DNA of 64,000 nucleotides from Escherichia coli (GTDB lineage Bacteria; Pseudomonadota; Gammaproteobacteria; Enterobacterales; Enterobacteriaceae): NCBI RefSeq assembly GCF_024223415.1, contig NZ_CP100500.1; one strand, 5' to 3'. Shown piece by piece: positions 60,535 to 64,000 of this stretch (position 1 is its first letter; each line of letters starts with the position of its first letter). The notes under the pieces were generated by a model. It saw only the letters and a program-made list of their open reading frames with translations, ran no database searches and was not told where the DNA came from. The position numbers and the translations under genes were made by a program.

Positions 60535-61644
60535 ATGCTTAAAAGACGTGATGCTTTTTTAAAGAAAAGCGCGCTGGCAGTGAGTGTGGCCCTGCTGCTC
60601 TCATCTCAGGCTTCGGCTCATAAAACAATTACTGATTCAACGGCGGGTATTATCTGGATTGATGGTGGCGGTCAGTCACTTGAAAAAGTAGCTGTGATTG
60701 ACCGTCAACTAAATGATACAGGATATAATTTTGCCGTAGGTAGTGGTGCAGCAATTCTGGATGCGGATAAATCCATGGCAACAGGAAATAATACAGCTGT
60801 TTTTAATGCAGACAACAGTGTCGCTCTGGGGTATGGCTCTCAGGTGAATGGAGAAAGCAATGTACTTTCTGTAGGGGCCGGTCCTTCAGGATATGGATTT
60901 TCAGTTGATGGTGCACCGGAAACCCGCCGGATTATAAATGTTTCAGATGGTGTTAAGGATAGTGATGCGGCCACAAAAGGACAGATGGACAACGCCATTG
61001 CAGATGCTGTACGGGAGTCGGGGGATGCCCTGCGCGGTGAGATAGGAGCTGTCTACCGTGATGCTGTTGCTGATGCTAAGAGTCGAGTGGAATCGGCAGA
61101 AAACAGACTTAACGGTAATATTACAGCTGCCAGGGCTTCTGCGCAGGAATACACGGATGCGGTGAAGTCGGATGTTCTGGACGAGACGCGTACATATACA
61201 GACAGCAGTGTGCGTACTGTCCGTAACGAGGTGAAAAGCCAGGCAGAACATCTCAGCGATGTGCTTGTGAAGAACAGGGCGCAGACGGATGCAGCAATAG
61301 CCTCAAATACAGCAGCGATAAGGAATAACAGTCATCGTCTGGATTTGACGGAAGCCTGGCAGAAGATGGCGACAGAGAGAATGAATAATATGCAGGAGCA
61401 GATTAAAGAGAACCGGAAGGAGTTAAGGGAGAGTGCAGCCCAGAGCGCGGCACTGGCCGGTCTTTTCCAGCCATACAGTGTTGGAAAATTTAACGCGACA
61501 GCAGCCGTTGGTGGTTACCGTGATGAGCAGGCCATTGCGGTGGGCGTGGGCTACCGTTTCACAGAGAATGTGGCAGGAAAAGTTGCAGTTGCTGCAGGTG
61601 GGTCATCCGCATCGTGGAATGCTGGTGTGAATTTTGAGTTCTGA
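60535..61644 (+). CDS. YadA-like trimeric autotransporter adhesin (Eib-like candidate)
   Basis: Signal peptide MLKRRDAFLKKSALAVSVALLLSSQASA, neck-like ETRRIINVSDGVKDSDAATKGQMDNA, coiled-coil stalk, C-terminal YadA-type anchor ...GVGYRFTENVAGKVAVAAGGSSASWNAGVNFEF. Confidence 0.7.
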   Translation: MLKRRDAFLKKSALAVSVALLLSSQASAHKTITDSTAGIIWIDGGGQSLEKVAVIDRQLNDTGYNFAVGSGAAILDADKSMATGNNTAVFNADNSVALGYGSQVNGESNVLSVGAGPSGYGFSVDGAPETRRIINVSDGVKDSDAATKGQMDNAIADAVRESGDALRGEIGAVYRDAVADAKSRVESAENRLNGNITAARASAQEYTDAVKSDVLDETRTYTDSSVRTVRNEVKSQAEHLSDVLVKNRAQTDAAIASNTAAIRNNSHRLDLTEAWQKMATERMNNMQEQIKENRKELRESAAQSAALAGLFQPYSVGKFNATAAVGGYRDEQAIAVGVGYRFTENVAGKVAVAAGGSSASWNAGVNFEF

Positions 61645-61704
61645 CAGGTCAGGATTTAGATATCTGTCCCGGGGGAGTCCCCCGGGATATAATGAGGTAC
61701 AGAG

Positions 61705-62160
61705 ATGCTGGATATAATCCTGGCGACGAGAGATATTTATTTTGAAAAAGCCCTGCGAGAGATATTTGGAACCGTAAGCAGTCGAATCAGATATATAGAA
61801 GATGCCATATCAGACAGAAGAAGGGTGCAGTCAGGCAGGTCATTCAGATATTATTTTGTATTCTGTGATGATGAGTATACAGATATTGTTCGTATTCTTT
61901 TTACCGGAGAGGCCTGCTGTATTCTGAATAAGTCGATGCTGAATCTGAGAGCGGCCGGAGGTGTGTTGACGCTGGAAGAGCGCAGAGCGGTACTGAACCG
62001 GTATTACAGAGGTTTAAGTATTGCGGAGATTACAGAAGAGACGGGGCAGAATGACAAGACGGTATACGGTCATCTTCGTCGTGCACTGCAGCGGTCTGGA
62101 TTCCGGAAGGGGCGTTTTATAAAGGGGAGAGAAGCTGCGGGGGATTCAGGTGTTGAATAA
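61705..62160 (+). CDS. putative HTH transcriptional regulator (sigma-70 region-4/LuxR-like)
   Basis: C-terminal HTH-like LTLEERRAVLNRYYRGLSIAEITEETGQNDKTVYGHLRRALQ. Confidence 0.45.
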   Translation: MLDIILATRDIYFEKALREIFGTVSSRIRYIEDAISDRRRVQSGRSFRYYFVFCDDEYTDIVRILFTGEACCILNKSMLNLRAAGGVLTLEERRAVLNRYYRGLSIAEITEETGQNDKTVYGHLRRALQRSGFRKGRFIKGREAAGDSGVE

Positions 62161-62543
62161 TGTATCTTATATTGTGATATCGGTGCTGCTGCTGTTATTT
62201 TTTGTTGTATTTGTGACGAATGGTTAAGAATAAAACATGAGCTGGTGATTATCAGGACAGGTTGCTTGTATATGAAGATAACAAAGGCGGCATTTATTTT
62301 TGCGCTGTCAGTGTGGAGTGTTGCTGTGATATGTCTTTTATTATTTGTACTGGTTGTTCTGGGATAGCTATAGTGGAATTATTATTTTTTTAAGACTATG
62401 GTTTATATTTTTATTCGGCAATATTTCTGTAAACAATTAAATATCAGAAAGGCGTGTTGTATGCGTGAACACGCCTGAGTATGTATACAGAGATTGTTAA
62501 TTTGGAGAGAATAATTACAGTTGTTATTTATTTGACGTCCTGA

Positions 62544-62792
62544 TTAGTGAAAAAACCAGTCATCAGCAGTTTCCCAGACTTCCTGCAGCGTTTCCTGTAT
62601 GAACTTCTGAGCGTTTTCTTTATCTACGGCTCTTAAAATGGTCAGTCCGTCATTACTGGCGGATTTTACTATAACCTCCACATCGTCATATCGTTTTCTG
62701 ATACGGCGAGACATTTCCTGTTGTAGAGCAGGTACAGAGCCTTTTGGCATTTTGCTGAATTTTTCTTTAGCGATACAGATCTCAACACGCAT
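62544..62792 (-). CDS. DinI-like protein
   Basis: [12 protein letters not shown]...[17 protein letters not shown] matches the DinI family (MRIEVTIAK...ILQETWESADDWF) from memory. Confidence 0.75.
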   Translation of the reverse strand: MRVEICIAKEKFSKMPKGSVPALQQEMSRRIRKRYDDVEVIVKSASNDGLTILRAVDKENAQKFIQETLQEVWETADDWFFH

Positions 62793-63005
62793 AACCCCCT
62801 CCTGTAACTGTAGTTATGTACAGGTGTTATTTTTAGCTGTGTGGATAACCAGTGTCAATTGGTAATATTGCCTATGGGGCATGTATGGGACACTTTTTAT
62901 CGGCGAAATCCGTCGAAGTTCGTCGACATCGAAAACGAATCATCTGTCCAACCCTTGAAAAATGGCGCTCCTGGACGATCTTCGTCGATTTTTAAAAATG
63001 TTGCG

Positions 63006-63074
63006 TCACGCGCGTAACGTGACAGGATTAATATCACAAAGCAACGCCACTTCACCAATTGTGTAAAGCGCCAT
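63006..63074 (-). pseudogene. mlrA: mlrA 5' fragment (first 22 codons) at the right prophage junction
   Basis: Reverse translation MALYTIGEVALLCDINPVTLRA followed by a stop contributed by phage sequence. Confidence 0.8.
63007..63026. repeat. attR core (direct repeat of 17747..17766)
   Basis: cacgcgcgtaacgtgacagg, identical to attL. Confidence 0.8.
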
Positions 63075-63295
63075 CGTCTCACCCTTGCTCGCGAGGTCCC
63101 GGTTTAACTTTAGACGCAGTTTTGCGAACCAGGTAGTTTTGCCCGTTTTTTGTGCATCTATAGGGTGATTTTATTTTTGCCAGGCGATTTTGAGTGATCG
63201 TACTCACGAATTCTCATTTTTCTGCAAGAGTTCAAAGAAAGTTAAACGCAGGCAATGTATGTTACGCGTTTTAAAGGGAAGTGTGGTTTGCGGGT

Positions 63296-64000
63296 ATGTA
63301 CGATTTTAATCTGGTGTTGCTGCTGCTTCAGCAGATGTGCGTTTTTTTAGTCATTGCATGGTTAATGAGTAAAACGCCATTATTCATACCGTTAATGCAG
63401 GTCACGGTTCGTCTGCCGCATAAATTTCTCTGCTACATCGTCTTTTCCATCTTCTGCATCATGGGCACCTGGTTTGGGTTGCACATTGACGATTCTATTG
63501 CCAATACCCGTGCGATAGGCGCGGTAATGGGCGGCTTACTCGGCGGTCCGGTCGTCGGTGGGCTGGTTGGGCTGACCGGCGGCTTACATCGATATTCGAT
63601 GGGGGGCATGACCGCGTTAAGTTGCATGATCTCGACCATCGTTGAAGGATTACTCGGTGGCCTGGTACACAGCATCCTGATCCGCCGCGGGCGCACTGAT
63701 AAAGTCTTTAACCCCATTACCGCCGGTGCCGTCACGTTCGTCGCTGAAATGGTGCAAATGCTGATCATCCTTGCGATCGCCCGACCTTATGAAGATGCGG
63801 TGCGTCTGGTGAGTAATATTGCTGCGCCAATGATGGTCACCAATACCGTCGGCGCGGCGCTGTTTATGCGTATATTGCTCGATAAACGCGCGATGTTTGA
63901 AAAATACACTTCGGCTTTTTCTGCCACTGCGCTGAAAGTGGCAGCCTCGACGGAAGGCATTTTGCGCCAGGGGTTTAACGAAGTGAACAGCATGAAAGTG
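63296..64000 (+). CDS. btsS: sensor histidine kinase BtsS (YehU), partial (continues beyond window)
   Basis: MYDFNLVLLLLQQMCVFLVIAWLMSKTPLFIPLMQVTVRL... matches YehU N-terminus from memory; the minus-strand track ORFs here are antisense artefacts. Confidence 0.88.
   Translation, partial: MYDFNLVLLLLQQMCVFLVIAWLMSKTPLFIPLMQVTVRLPHKFLCYIVFSIFCIMGTWFGLHIDDSIANTRAIGAVMGGLLGGPVVGGLVGLTGGLHRYSMGGMTALSCMISTIVEGLLGGLVHSILIRRGRTDKVFNPITAGAVTFVAEMVQMLIILAIARPYEDAVRLVSNIAAPMMVTNTVGAALFMRILLDKRAMFEKYTSAFSATALKVAASTEGILRQGFNEVNSMKV

Larger units (their letters stand above)
17767..63006. mobile_element. lambdoid prophage (~45.2 kb) integrated in mlrA
   Basis: Bounded by the 20-bp direct repeat; contains integrase, CI/Cro, Q, lysis, cos, and lambda-like head and tail genes. 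Confidence 0.9.

Noticed and set aside
62897-63082. 61-aa minus-strand ORF spanning the right prophage junction.
   Set aside because: It reads across attR from host into phage DNA and overlaps the genuine mlrA 5' fragment in another frame; a junction artefact.
63433-63993. Minus-strand ORFs at 63433..63768 and 63787..63993.
   Set aside because: Antisense to btsS (yehU), whose plus-strand product matches the known sensor kinase N-terminus.

Overview
Escherichia coli chromosomal segment syntenic with the K-12 cdd–yohK–yohJ–dusC–mdtQ–yohF–yohD–yohC–pbpG–dld–bglX–osmF-yehYXW–yohO–mlrA–btsS region, interrupted by a ~45.2 kb lambdoid prophage inserted inside mlrA (yehV). The prophage (about 17767–63006) is flanked by a 20-bp direct repeat that splits mlrA. 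It is the kind of phage that occupies this site in EHEC, but I found no stx genes in the window. Its parts, left to right: integrase and xis-like gene; a leftward early operon of mostly unrecognisable small genes; a CI/Cro-like switch; an HNH endonuclease; a helicase–primase replication module; a frameshifted rusA; a Q933-like antiterminator; a convergent OmpC/NmpC-like porin; three tRNA genes; a phage-21-type lysis cassette with extra inserted ORFs; a lambda-like cos site; lambda-like head and tail genes (Nu1 through J, with a frameshifted major capsid gene E); a collagen-like tail fibre; and a distal cargo locus with a YadA-like adhesin, an HTH regulator and a DinI-like gene. The most interesting candidates for undescribed biology are (i) a tightly coupled three-gene module directly downstream of cI in which two small proteins are paralogues of the N-terminal domain of an XRE-HTH regulator, (ii) a small membrane protein plus SPFH/band-7 lipoprotein pair, and (iii) the extra ORFs inside the lysis cassette. 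All calls are from reading the sequence and from memory of protein families; no database search was run.
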